The notes: generated from the letters alone by a model not told the origin. 64,000 bases of DNA from Harriotta raleighana (GCA_050575255.1 JBNZDD010013730.1:4455316-4519315), one strand, 5' to 3'; shown: positions 38,901-51,480, counted from the stretch's first letter. Numbers and translations: made by a program.

Positions 38901-40260
38901 TGAATATTAAAAATAGAAATATGAGATTTTCATTGCAGTACTGTTTATGTTATTGAATGTTGGAATGACACTTCCAAAAATGTAGAGAATTCGACAGAAT
39001 GTCAATCAGCAGCATAAACGGCGATTAACTCACTAAAGCCTCTATTACTAGAGCACAAACTGCCTAATTGGACTGAGAAAAAGCTCTAGTTAATTCCAAT
39101 TCAGACAAATATTTTAACCACATGATTGCATACCTCATCCAGTATCCAAATGCTAAGCTTTCTTAATGGCAATAACTAGTATGGAGAATTAATAATGATT
39201 GAGTGTTACAAATCTTCGTACTTACCCAGAGTGTGTGTTAGTATGACAAAGCAGATATCCTGTGTGTAATTTAGATACAACAATTGCATTTATTTAGTGC
39301 CTTTCATGGGAAGGAAGGACATCCCAAGGAGCTGGACAGTCATAGTCACAGTTTCCACCTGAGCTGGAGCTTGGAGTCAGGTGGAGTGTGGGCCAAGAGG
39401 GGCGTGGGAAAGGCATCCGTTTATTTTATCCTGCTTTATTCCTTTACCCCCTTCCCAATAAACTATAACATTACAAGAAGTTGTTGCCTTCAGGTAATGG
39501 TTTGTAAAGGTTTAAGGAAGGAGAACAATCGGGACAGGCACAGTGAGATTAAGGGTAGCATTGCATTGCAACATGATTTACTATCATTATGTCATGTGTT
39601 TAGGTAACACAGGTTTTCCCATGCCTGTTTTGATGAAAATTATACTTCTTTCAACACTCAGTTCTGTTAAGGTGGATGTTTAGCCAACAGCTTTGCTGAG
39701 CGGGTTCCCATGAAATCCCTTTCTGTTGTCCTTCCTGTTAAGTTTTCGCCATTTATTACTGTGTCAACCTAAATCATCCTCTAGGTTTTGAACCACCAAT
39801 ATTTTGCTGTGAGATAGTGAGTGATGGGAAAAGACAGGTTTTGCAAAGAAGAAAGGGTTTCCTCAGATTGCAATATCTTTACACTAGAAGAGTATCTTTA
39901 CGCTAGTTTTCAGGTTCCATTTTAAATGATTTGACTCACGGAATATCATTTGCACCTGTTTTTTATTTGCTCTTATTTTAATAGAAATGTTTTATCTTAT
40001 CAGAGAACAATAGTTTGTCATTTTCTTTTTAAATTGGCATATGTTATCATAGAAGATTCAAATCAGGAAACTTCTGTTCCCAATTCAACTCTTGCTTTGT
40101 TCTGTGCTGCATGCTTCTCTTGTATAATATTGCCTGATCAGATCAAAGGCAGCTTTGCAAGTCTTATACTGTATTTGCCCTGATCAGTTATTCTCTGCAG
40201 CTATATCAATGTATTGTACATGCATTTTAAAAGAGAAGTCAGGCTAATGTACATGATATT

Positions 40261-40620
40261 AACAATAACAACAACAAAATTGCATTTATAGAGTGCCTTT
40301 CATGTCAGGAGGACATCATAAGGTGCTGAACAGTCAGGTCGGGACCCGAGCAGTGGGGGGGTGGCAGAGTAGGGAGGAGGGGAGGGAGAGACTTAAGAGA
40401 GGAGAGAAAGAGTTGGGAGGAAGGCAGAAGGCACGATCGAAGAGGAGGGTCTTGAGACTGGCCTTGAAGGAGGCAAGGGAGGAAGCGAGGCGAAGGGACT
40501 GTGGGATGGAGTTCCAGAGTGTGGGGGCAGAGAGGCTGAAAGCCCGGCCACTGATGGAAGGGTGGGTCGAGCAGGAGACATGGAGCAGACTGGAGCCTGC
40601 TGAACAGAGGGGGTGGGTAG
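40261..40620 (-). mobile_element. L2 LINE 3' end (ORF2 C-terminus, UTR and (TTG)n tail)
   Basis: Minus strand encodes SISGRAFSLSAPTLWNSIPQSLRLASSLASFKASLKTLLFDRAF, a classic L2 ORF2 end. Tail reads aacaacaaaattgcatttatagagtgcctttcatgtcaggagg on the + strand. Confidence 0.9.
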
Positions 40621-41252
40621 GTTCCTAGGGGGAACAGCTTCTCTTGCCCGGCATTCTTTGATCCAAACAAACTCAGATTCTCAGCATGGTCTCATGAGAG
40701 CAATATAATGTCTTATGCAATTACATTCCACTGTTCAGGCTAATGTATCCAAGTTCTACACTTGTTTTGTAGCTGCTTCACTGCATTGTCAACAACAACA
40801 ACAACAAATTTCATTTGTGTCGCGCCTTTCAAGTCTAGATCTTGAATAGGCTTGCCAGTCTCTTCTCTATTCACTATGCAGTATAAAGTGTCAACATTTT
40901 AAAACTTTTGAATAGAGTTCCTCATATAAAGCTGGAAGCAGACACACTCCCATGTTTTTGAAAATCAGATCCCTTTGTCTTAAGATTTAAAACTGTGTAC
41001 AGTTGTGGAAAATTCCTTGAATAAGTCGTAATTTGAGAGCTAGTCTTCCGCAATTCTTAAAAAGAAATATCTTCCAGATGAAGACTGGATTTTGGAATTT
41101 TTCCACAATTTTGCATGAATTGAAATTCTAAGACACAGTGGCCTTGCAGGCTTAAATTGTGTGGTATTTAATTAGTAAAAGTAAATTATCATAAGCTGCA
41201 CATTAGTTGTATGGTATTATTGTCTCGCAGTCAGTCATGCTTATGTCGAAAT

Positions 41253-41551
41253 ATAATAATAACCTTTGCATTTGATGTATAAGCCTTATTACATTGCTGA
41301 GACATCTCAAAGGATATCACACGTATACTGTAAAGTGGATTGACTACATATTCTATGGGTAAAACACAGCAGCCAGTTGTGCACAGCAACACAGCAATGT
41401 CCCACAAACAGCCATGAAATGAATTGTTTTTACTTGGGGAATTGTCGGCCGGAATACTGGGAGAGAGAAACTCCCTTCTCTTTTCAAGTAGAGTTATGGG
41501 ATCTTTAACATCCACCTGAGCCTCGGTGTAACATATCGTCTGAAGAACGGC
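41253..41551 (-). mobile_element. DeuSINE (full Deu domain plus tail)
   Basis: gcagccagttgtgcacagc...ccggaatactgggagagagaaactcccttctcttttcaagtagagttatgggatctttaacatccacctgag. Confidence 0.8.
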
Positions 41552-41619
41552 TGATTAATGTGAATGATTTTGTACTCTATTAAGTTCCAGTTTGATTTTC
41601 ATCCAAATTCTGTCTCCAG

Positions 41620-41673
41620 GGTTTTATCGGTCCTCCGGGAATAATGGGACCACCTGGACCTGAAGGCAAACGA
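41620..41673 (+). CDS. COL24A1: COL24A1 54-nt exon GFIGPPGIMGPPGPEGKR
   Basis: tgtctccag| ... CGA|gtaagt. Confidence 0.95.
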
Positions 41674-42068
41674 GTAAGTTTGTTCCATGAATGCGCTGCC
41701 AAGTTCTATAATAAGATCCTTGCATTGTATAAAGACTTTTATGTCAGTTAGATGTCTCCATGCTCTTCACAGGATTTATTGTAAATTGCAGTCTACACTA
41801 TGATCAGTTCCAAATATAATAGCCTCTCAAATGCTGTGAACATTTTATTCACCCCCAAAAAACAACGATGAACAAATCTGCAAAATAACAGCATCATTTA
41901 AAATTGTTTTCATTGCTTTTTTTTGTTGCTTTTTAAAAAAAACCCTCTCAAAAATTTCCTAGAGTGACTACTACAGTTGACAGACTGTAGGGGACTGTTC
42001 AATTATTTGAAAAGACCATGACATTTAAATGTTATGTGGTGTAATAACAATGAACTTTTTTTTTTCAG

Positions 42069-42113
42069 GGTGTAATTGGTCCCCGTGGAAAAAGAGGCCC
42101 AAAGGGCAGACAG
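42069..42113 (+). CDS. COL24A1: COL24A1 45-nt exon GVIGPRGKRGPKGRQ
   Basis: ttttttcag| ... CAG|gtaagt. Confidence 0.95.
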
Positions 42114-43231
42114 GTAAGTTTTATTCCTTTAAAATAACATAATTCAAGCTTAACCCAGCTGGTTTTATTTTGACATTTTGATTTCAAGATCAAAAATTAC
42201 TTCTGCACACGCAATTTTGTTTTCCTGGAAGCTTGGAAACTTTGAAATACGTTAATTGTATTGGGGTTTGCACACAGCGAGTTAGTCACGCTGACCCATG
42301 GGAGCTCTGATCTGATGGTAAACCGTGGAAGAGGGTGTTCCCACTGTTTGTTGTGCCAATCTTCACTGAACCAAAAAGGATTATTTTTTCCATAAGAACA
42401 CAACTCATTCTATTTACCAGAAAGTATTACACAACAATTTGCGTGTTGGAAAACAGTATTGATTAATGCCATTCTGTGCTCTGACGTTGCATGTTTGAAT
42501 GCCTTTTATTTTAAAGATTGTTCATTATCATTTTTTAGTCCCTCCTGCTTTGTAAAGTTGTTGATGCCAGATTTAGTTCCATGATTTTTTTTTAGAAGAG
42601 ATATAGGAGCCCTTACTAATTGTGAATCTTAAAACTACATTGAGACTCACTTTAATCCAACCAGTCACTAGACTTGAGCTTGATTTGGCAAAGCAATTGG
42701 AGCTAAAGTGAATGCTACAATGTGGCTTCATATTAGATGAGACTTTATGATGTTATGTTATTGATCTGTAATAAACAAAAAGGTAGACCATTCTTCACTG
42801 AACCAGGCAGATGGTGGAATTTTAAGTCTAGATTCTATTTGGTTTCTCTGTGAACACCAAGAGTAGTAAAATACATCTATTTTTCCCACGGCAAACATTT
42901 TTCACCATCATTTCTTGTAACCCAACTAAGATGACTATAAATTCAGAGAGAGGTCAATGAGTAAGACTTTACTGTTTCCACCCCCCACCTTGAAATCGAA
43001 GATCTCATCTGCACTTTCATTGCAACATCCGAAACTCATTCAACTGATGCAAATTAGTTCAAACATTGGGCAGACTGAAGTTTGAAGCTGCAGTGTCACA
43101 AAAACATTTCAAAACCTAACAGCAAGCAACAAAACCTGAACACAGTATTTCTCAGGCTTCTCAATGCTAGCTAGACACTTGGCATGGAACCACTCACTGG
43201 CCAAGGCGAGCGATGCCTCCTTCTTTGGTTA

Positions 43232-43249
43232 CAGCGCCTCCTGCTGGCA
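43232..43249 (-). promoter_or_regulatory. CTCF core motif
   Basis: Minus strand TGCCAGCAGGAGGCGCTG vs consensus CCA(C/G)(C/T)AG(A/G)(G/T)GGCGC. Confidence 0.6.
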
Positions 43250-44889
43250 TGTCATACTTCAACCTCGACAGGAAAGCCTGTCGTCTTCCCTTGGATGGAA
43301 ACCGATATCTAATACGAGAATAACTTAGAGAGAAATAGGAGTTGGATAGTTTTGATTGCCTTTAGTATCAGCAAGCGAAGTGAGGTCACAATAAAACGAG
43401 CAAGTCCTCAATGGTAAAAACTAGTAAAATAATAATGTTAAATTGATCACCCACAATTTGAAGAAATAAGCATGCTAAGAATGACTGGACATCAAAAGTT
43501 TGTTCTCTTTGAGTTTCACATCTCTATCATTCGTAGAATACTTCTTTGCAAATATTGTATAATTGGCAATATAAAAAGGATTCTTTTTATAACTGGACAC
43601 AAAATAGATTCATACACTGTGATTATTATTCTTTAACCCATTGAGAGCATTTGTGAAAAAATGTCAATTCTCATCGTATCTAAACAGCAGATAACTTAAA
43701 AACATTGTCTTCTGATCCAAAATCCTGCTCGAGGTATTAGCTCTCAGAAGTTGAAATAAACACTATTATATGGAGTTGAGTAAAATTAATTAAAATATAA
43801 AACCAGTAGATACAATAATGAGCCATCAATCCATTTATATAGTCCCTTCAACCGACCATTTAATTTTTTGAGTGTGGTTGTAATTTCTTTACAGTCATTT
43901 TATCCTGATAGCTCTTCAATAATATGAAAAATCACACCACTCACACTGCAGGACTGTGGATGTGCCTAATTGTCTATGTGCAGAGCTCGCCTTAGTGATG
44001 AGTGAAACTGCTTAGGATCAAGCATTATTTTCACTCTACTGCTCATAGACAAATTACAGCTCTTCCAGCAGTAAGCCCAAAACCTTAGCAAAGGTTGATA
44101 GTCTTGCTCTTTCCAGCTTTGATACTAATTATGTTCTGTGCCACAGTTGTTGGGATGACCCCTGGAGCCAGTAACATTAAGGAAATGAAATTATATGAGC
44201 TTGGAAAAATCTACGTGTCTCCAGTTTCTAATCAAACTTCCTCTTCTCCCACCCAAAATTGAGGGTTTTTTTTGCACAAGATCGTAACAAGCAAGCGATT
44301 GGGGAAGTGGAGATCAGATAACGTTGAGAATGGAAACAATGAACAAACAATGATTGTTTAGAAGGGGGAAGAGAGAGGGCAATGTCAGACAGTGCTATCA
44401 GCCACTGGAATGTGTTTACACTTGCTGCATTCAAACAGGGAACACACATCAGGAACTCGTGGTTTACAACAGATTCATCAACCCAAAAGTTCCACAAATG
44501 TGGGGAGTTGATGAGGCCATACATTTTTTGTAAACTAATGTGTGTTTGTTTAATTCTTGGGTCTGGCTTGTGAAGCATAAAGGCACTGTCTCTAGCTAGA
44601 ATGGAATCTTGCAGCAACTTGAAGTCAACAAATCTCAGAAACTCCTCCTTATATATCTGCCTCCTGCAATAATCTCCTTGAATGGCTCCCAAAGACATTG
44701 TTCTAACAAACATACACCGTGTTTCTCATTGGGAGATGGGATTGCCAGGAATCAGTCCCTGTTGACATAAATCATTGCATAAAAGCCAACACCTCTGAAC
44801 AAATTCACTCACTACAATGTAATACTGTTGTGGCATTATCTTGGGAATGATTAGAATGAATGAAACATTGTGCTTTTAGACTTGATTTG

Positions 44890-45228
44890 TCCTCCATGGC
44901 CTCGCTCCACCTTACCTCTGTAAACTCCTAACTCCCTACCAAGATGCCCACCCCCTCTACTCAACAGGCTCCAGCCTGCACATGTTCTCCAATCCATCCT
45001 CTGCAATTCCATCCCTCAGTCCCTCTGCCTCACCCCCTTCCCCAGCCTCCTTCAAGACCCACCTCAAGACCCTTCAACAGTCCCATCGGTCACCCCAAAT
45101 CCCCTCCTTTCCCTCCACCCTCCCTGATCCCAACCCCAGCTCGGGTCTGAAGCATTAACTGTCCAGTGCTTTGGGACGTCCTCCTGACTTGAAAGGCGCT
45201 ATACAAGTGTACTTTTGTTGTTGTTGTT
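44890..45228 (+). mobile_element. L2 LINE 3' end, decayed
   Basis: ccatccctcagtccctctgcctc...ccttcaagacccacctcaagaccct; tail cagtgctttgggacgtcctcctgacttgaaaggcgctatac...(ttg)n. Confidence 0.85.
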
Positions 45229-46445
45229 AACGTTGATTTGTGTTTTAATCAGTTGTCTGTCACTTATTCCAACACAGGCCTACTGGCAAACATTTTATTT
45301 AAACTGTAATAGTTCCTACTAAAAAAAAATGCTTACCTTATTTTCTTAAATGAAGCTGCTGGCCAAAATTGATAAATAAGTCCAGAGTCATAGGATTTTC
45401 ATATCACTCCTGTCCAATATCCTTCAGTATAAACTATGTACATAACAGTCATCTGACATTTTTTGTCTATTTATAGCGCACACATTTTTATCATAAGCAT
45501 TGGGTTTGTCTGACTCATAAAACTGATGGGAGCGAGTTGTATCCCATAACTTACAAAACCATCCTCATCAGATCATACATCTGGTGTAAGTTAATGGAAC
45601 TGAAATAAAACAGTGAGTTAAGAGACATCTACAACTTGAGTGAGTAACATCCAGATGAATACAAATAATGATCGTTTGCATGTGGATTATGCAATCACAC
45701 AATCGGCACAAACAGGAGATAGAATTGGGGAGATAAAACAGATTTGAGATTGAATTAATCTAAAGGATTACATCCTTGATCTCAAGGATACATATACAAC
45801 ATTATAAAAATGGGAATTTCTGGACAGTGCAGAGTTTTCTTATCAACGATTAAAACTATTTCTCTTTTGCAAGATGTGGTGCTGTGGTGCTCTTTTCCTT
45901 AGGCAAGTTTAAATACAATCTTGTTTTAAATCGAACATCCAAACTACCAACAATACCTTATAAATCCTCTGATGTTGCGTTGCTGTTACCTGCTCAGCCA
46001 CAAGGAGGCATCAGATGCTACATTGTCTGCATCGAATTACAGTATTCTAATTCAAACTGATCGTGAAAGGAACTATAGCATATTTCAGTATTGCTTTGTA
46101 GAGATAGTATTCTTCTGGGTGGCAGCAAAGTACTTTATTTTACAACATTAGCAGCTGGGTGAAAATGTGTGAGGTGACTATTAATGATGGAATATTTTGG
46201 GATTGTTGACAACAATTATTGACGTTCGAAAGCTCTTTCAAACTCACCAAAGTTACATGTAAAGTGGCGGCCTTTTTTGCATGGAGAGGTTTGGTTAAAC
46301 CTCTGTTGAGCAATTACATTTGACTCTTTTCAGTGGTTGTGGCAGGAGATTGTGACGGATGTAAAAATGTCACTTCTCCTCTGTCCTTTCTCTTGCAACA
46401 GTTTTGGTGAGAATATTCATCTAACACTCTTCCTTATTTTAACAG

Positions 46446-46499
46446 GGTTTTGTTGGCGATTTTGGAGCGAGAGGCCCTCCTGGTTTAGATGGCAGCCCT
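46446..46499 (+). CDS. COL24A1: COL24A1 54-nt exon GFVGDFGARGPPGLDGSP
   Basis: ttttaacag| ... CCT|gtgagt. Confidence 0.95.
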
Positions 46500-47413
46500 G
46501 TGAGTTATCCGAATACCAGTGTCTTCTGTCCATTATCAAAGTTATTGGAGCCTTCTGTATTGAAGGAGGGACAGTCTTGATTTCAGGGAAGCATTTTTAT
46601 TGCAGTGACACAACATGAATGCAATGCAAAGATGTTTTTACAGCATAATATGTGTTGATGTGATTTACGTTATTGCATTGTGTGCTTGGCAAACATTTTT
46701 TTTAAAAAACTTTGACAAAGCACTTTTTCATGAAGCTGTTGCTTGTAAAATGTGACGTGTGTCCTTTGAAATCTTAATAATAATACCTAATACAAAAAAT
46801 AGCCTGATACTTTGGAATTGTCCAGTAATTTTTTTCATCGTCATTAAGATGTCTAGAATCCAGATTGAGATTATCTATATCAAATGAGATTATGTTTCAT
46901 GCGGTTTTACATGCTAAGTGCCTAACATTCAGGCTGTAACTATCATGGAACACATCACAAACCATTATAACTCACGATTGACTCACAGGGGAGAAGATCT
47001 TTTTCAAGATATTCTTGTAAAAGGCCTTCTACATTCTAGTACAGTAGATATAATACATTCAGAATCATAATATTACTTACCCAGACTGTCTTTACTATTA
47101 TAAGAGCCACGGTATTCTTTTTGCAGTGTGTGAAATAGGTAAGATTCTGCTTTATACTGTGCTCTCTTTGGCAGTTTGCTTTTAAATGTTTAACATTTGA
47201 TGCGTACGCAGCAACAGCAGGCAGAATGGCTGTGGTTGTAGCATTTGCGAAGGGGTGTATGTGCTCACAGAAGGGGGAACTTGTTCATCGCAATTATTCA
47301 GTGCCTACGTGCACTGACGTACATTCAAATCAGCCTCAGCGTGAAATGTTCCCCAAAGGTGGAATTGATTCAGAATCTATAAATCAACCCGCATTACATA
47401 ATCAGAGGCGACA

Positions 47414-47620
47414 TTGTGCAATTCTTTTAGATCTGATCTGATATTTGACAAGTAGAAAAACACAGTGTTCATTCATGATCAGATCATGCTGAAAAAGCTG
47501 GTCATTTCTACTGTGTNTTGTGCAATTCTTTTAGATCTGATCTGATATTTGACAAGTAGAAAAACACCGTGTTCATTCATGATCAGATCATTCTGAAAAA
47601 GCTGGTCATTTCTACTGTGT
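47414..47620. repeat. About 103-bp duplication around a single n (47517)
   Basis: ttgtgcaattc...ctactgtgt occurs twice with two substitutions. Confidence 0.85.
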
Positions 47621-47718
47621 TTACTCATATACTATTTTGATTCTGATTAAAGTCACTGTGTTAATAGATCTTTGATGAATACAGGAATTGTGATGGTGTA
47701 TGATAAGTACAATACAGC

Positions 47719-48009
47719 AAAACTCACATAAGTCATATCAAATAGGATCATACATTTAATATGACTTGCATGGAGTTTGAGCTACAGACAAACTGTATAA
47801 ATCATTTAAAATCTCATATATAATAATAAATAATATAAATAATCTGCACTGTTAATGCATAATTTNAAAACTCACATAAGTCATATCAAATAGGATCATA
47901 CATTTAATATGACTTGCATGGAGTTTGAGCTACAGACAAACTGTATAAATCATTTAAAATCTCATATATAATAAATAATATAAATAATCTGCACTGTTAA
48001 TGCATAATT
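47719..48009. repeat. About 145-bp duplication around a single n (47866)
   Basis: aaaactcacataagtc...gcataatt occurs twice with a small indel. Confidence 0.85.
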
Positions 48010-48218
48010 CAATACAGCCAGTATGTGCAGGAGTGATGGGGGATAGGGAGCAGTGTTATGATTAATACAAATTGTACCATGAAATTCAAGTGGTTTTGAT
48101 AAGAAACTGAATAGGATTCGGGGCCCAGGTATGATTTAGGCAGGCGATTATCCGATTTATAAAGTTAAGACTTATGCAGGTTTCATTAAGTATTGACATA
48201 GAATCGTTTTGGTTTTAG

Positions 48219-48263
48219 GGGATTGTGGGTGGTGTCGGCCCTTCTGGATTTCCTGGTCTCAGA
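48219..48263 (+). CDS. COL24A1: COL24A1 45-nt exon GIVGGVGPSGFPGLR
   Basis: ttggttttag| ... AGA|gtaagt. Confidence 0.95.
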
Positions 48264-49756
48264 GTAAGTACAACACATTCAAAAGTGTTGCAAATGAACA
48301 CTACAGTACTTACTGATTTGAATATTCTGTATATATTTAATATTACTGCATAGTTACTCATTATTTTATATGATGTTACTCATATTGTACTTGTCAATTT
48401 AGTTAAACTATGTTCAACCCAAAATATTACCTATCGGCTGCTGTTAAAACATTGTTTATGGGATGTATTTGGTACATGCTTCACAATATATAAATAGCAG
48501 ACACATTGCAGGATGTACTGGATGAACAGCACTACTTCATTTTGACTTTTGTATCAGCATATTTCCCAATGATTGGGATTCAATATGGATAACATGACTT
48601 TGTTTGCTATGGACCTTTAATAAACCATTTATTTGTATGGATTTAACAGATCCATACATGAGTTTTGACAGCGTATTGAAATAATATAAGTAAATAACAT
48701 ATGTTCCTGCTCTAGTGAAAGATCAGGTGTCCAAGTAAAATACGGTGTTGATGTCTGTTTGACAGGACTGTTTGTTTAGAGATTGCTTTATGGACTAGCA
48801 GAGTTTATATACTGTATTATGTTATGAGCCAGAAAGCATAATGTAAGTTTACCAACGATAAGCTTTGTAAACTTATGAAACAAAAGTAAACACGATAGCA
48901 TAACCAATTGTAGCTTAATTCATTTTTTAGTTTAACATTCTGGGGAATTGGCTTTGTAAATCTAATCATAGTTAAAGAGCTTTTAGTTGTGACAAATGTC
49001 TAAAACTATTCCGCCAATATGTTGTCAATTTCTTCAAGTGCAGTTTCGTAATAACAGACCTCACAAATATTTTCAAATCAATTGGAAAAGATCTTATAAT
49101 AGATCGTTAGTTAACAATCAGTGGAAGTGTCTTTTCATGTCCCAGATCCAAGAATTTACAGCTGTAAGTACATCCGAGAGATGCAAAAGGCAAGTGCATC
49201 TCTGTGCTTTACTTTGGAAACAGGCCAGTTTGCAATTAGATAGATACATATGTTTAATTAAAAAGCATTAATGAAACATTACCAATCTGATTTGAAATAC
49301 ATAAAATTTGAAAGCCAAAGTAGCATTTGTTAACAAGAACCCTATAATTACTGTGGTACTAAATTCATAGGCTTCTCAAAGACGGGTTTCCAGTTCAAAG
49401 CACATCATATAAGTTGACCTGTCATGTGTTCAAAGACTGAAACAATAAAATCTCCTGAAAAATTATGTCCTGGAAGTTGGAAAAGCATGGTTGGACTCCA
49501 ATCCCCCTCCTGCCCAGACTCAATGCTTGATTCATGTTCAGGTCTGACTTCCTCTGGATTACAACCCTCAGAAGTTCTCAAAAGGTTGTGGCAGTCCAGG
49601 CGGTGGGAGGAGAGGGGGTTGGCCTCTTTCTGCGTTGCAACATGGGTCTCTTTCCAGTGGCTAGACCAAAAGGTATTCACAGATGCTAGGTTCAGCCACT
49701 CTTTGGTATTCTCCCCAATTGGCTAACCAGGTGTTTGCAGTCATTTATGAATGGGA

Positions 49757-49843
49757 TGGATTCATTTTTCACCTGATGTCCACACATATGCGCTTTCCAA
49801 CAGAGGTTGCTGGATAGTAATCTGGAGCATGAACCAAGGCTGC
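49757..49843 (-). mobile_element. LF-SINE-like relic just upstream of an exon
   Basis: cacctgatgtccacacatatgcgctttccaacagaggttgctggatagtaatctggagc. Confidence 0.55.
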
Positions 49844-49900
49844 AGTGTTTACACCCAGGCCCCTTTGTGAGAATGTTTAATTCCCTTTTTTTTTCCCCAG

Positions 49901-49954
49901 GGTGATTTAGGTCCTATGGGATTACGTGGACTCCAAGGAATTCCAGGACGTCAG
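49901..49954 (+). CDS. COL24A1: COL24A1 54-nt exon GDLGPMGLRGLQGIPGRQ
   Basis: tttccccag| ... CAG|gtatct. Confidence 0.95.
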
Positions 49955-50118
49955 GTATCTATCTTTGTCCTCTAAGGCACTGATCTTTTATTTGCTGAGT
50001 TTCTACAATTATCTTATTGTGACATGTGGTCCATATCTGGCAGATGTAACAATATACTCTCCTCTGCTTTCAATGTTTTTCTCCCACCCCCCCCCACCCC
50101 CCCCTCCCACACACACAG

Positions 50119-50163
50119 GGTTTGGTGGGAAATGTCGGGCAACCTGGATTGAAAGGTGATAAG
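50119..50163 (+). CDS. COL24A1: COL24A1 45-nt exon GLVGNVGQPGLKGDK
   Basis: cacacacag| ... AAG|gtgatc; the preceding intron is only 164 nt. Confidence 0.93.
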
Positions 50164-50580
50164 GTGATCTAAATATTTCTGTTATTGTAATCTTTAAACA
50201 CTATGCCGTAATCAAGCAATTCTCTCAATTTTCATGTTGAGATCGCAATCGGCTGACTTTAATTTAAAAGGCTGTAGTTGTTGAAGGTTTTCTTTCTGTT
50301 CTGAGTCTTTTGAAGTCAAAGAAAACTGTGGGCGGGTGGGGAGGTAGGGGGGGGGGGTGGTGGGGGGTGGAAGAAGGCATATGTGAAATCCGTTTGTGCT
50401 GAAAGTTTTGTTCACCGGTTATAAATTCACACAAATCAATACCACATTCAGCCTCTGTTGTAAATGTGAGCAGTGTCCTGTGATTTGTGCCCCTTGTTGT
50501 AATGATTACTGCAATGAACTAAACTATTATTTAACTCCAGACAATAAAATGTTAAGCCTAGAACACAAACTGTGGAGTAT

Positions 50581-50889
50581 TGTGGAGTCCTGCCTGCAGC
50601 TCGGTGGTTAGAGCACTCGCCTGACAAGCAAGAGACCTGGTTCAATTCCCAGCAGGGCGAAACCTTGGGCAAGTTTCCTTACTCTCCACACGCCTAATAA
50701 TAATCCCTTAAAAAAAAATGGGGTCAATTCAATCCACGACTGTTTGTGAGACGCTGCTGTGTACAATTGGCTGCTGCTTTTCTCCCATAAATATACAGTC
50801 AATTCACTTTACAGTATATTCTGTGAAGTGCTTTGAGACATCTAGAAGATGTGAAAAGCACTGCATCAAATGCAAGGATTATTATTATT
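50581..50889 (+). mobile_element. Full-length tRNA-SINE
   Basis: Box A agctcggtggttagagc, box B ggttcaattcc, Deu part, L2-type tail with (TTA)n. Confidence 0.9.
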
Positions 50890-50966
50890 TGCTGAGTAAT
50901 GTATATTGCAGGAGTCACCATCAAACAATGTCAACATTTGGAGTTTTTTTTTGAAAAAAGCACTGT

Positions 50967-51480
50967 AACAACAACAATAATTTACATTTATGTAGCATCT
51001 TCATGTCAGGAGGATGTCCCAAGGTGCTGATAGTTCAGTATGTGCACTTGAGAGGCAGGGTTGGATTCGGGAAGGTGTGTGGGTAGTGGTGTGGAGGTAA
51101 CCAAAGGTGCAGACGAAAGGAAACCCTTGGGACAGACTTTGAAGGAGGTGAATGAATGGGTAAGGCGAAGGAACACCAGGATGGAATTCCAGAAAATTGG
51201 GAGAGCTCATCTGAAAGCTGGACCACTGATGGTGGGATGAGCAGGGTGGGGAGACATAAAGAAGGTCAGGAAACAAGCAGATTGGTGGGGTTAGAGAAGG
51301 TCACAGAGTTAGGATGGGGCAAGACTGTGGAGGGAATTAAAAAGTGAAGAAGAGGATCTTGAACTCCATCCTCTTGGGAATAGGGATAGTGAGGGATAAG
51401 CTGCAGAATTCTGAATGATCTACAGTTTGAAGAATTGGGAAATCTGCCAAGAAAGGAGTTGGTATGTCAAACTTGGATTT
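50967..51480 (-). mobile_element. L2 LINE 3' fragment
   Basis: aacaacaacaataatttacatttatgtagcatcttcatgtcaggaggatgtcccaaggtgctg; gatggaattccaga (antisense WNSI). Confidence 0.8.

Noticed and set aside
40293-40670. ORFs of 111 and 121 aa
   Set aside because: Alternative frames of the L2 ORF2 3' fragment.
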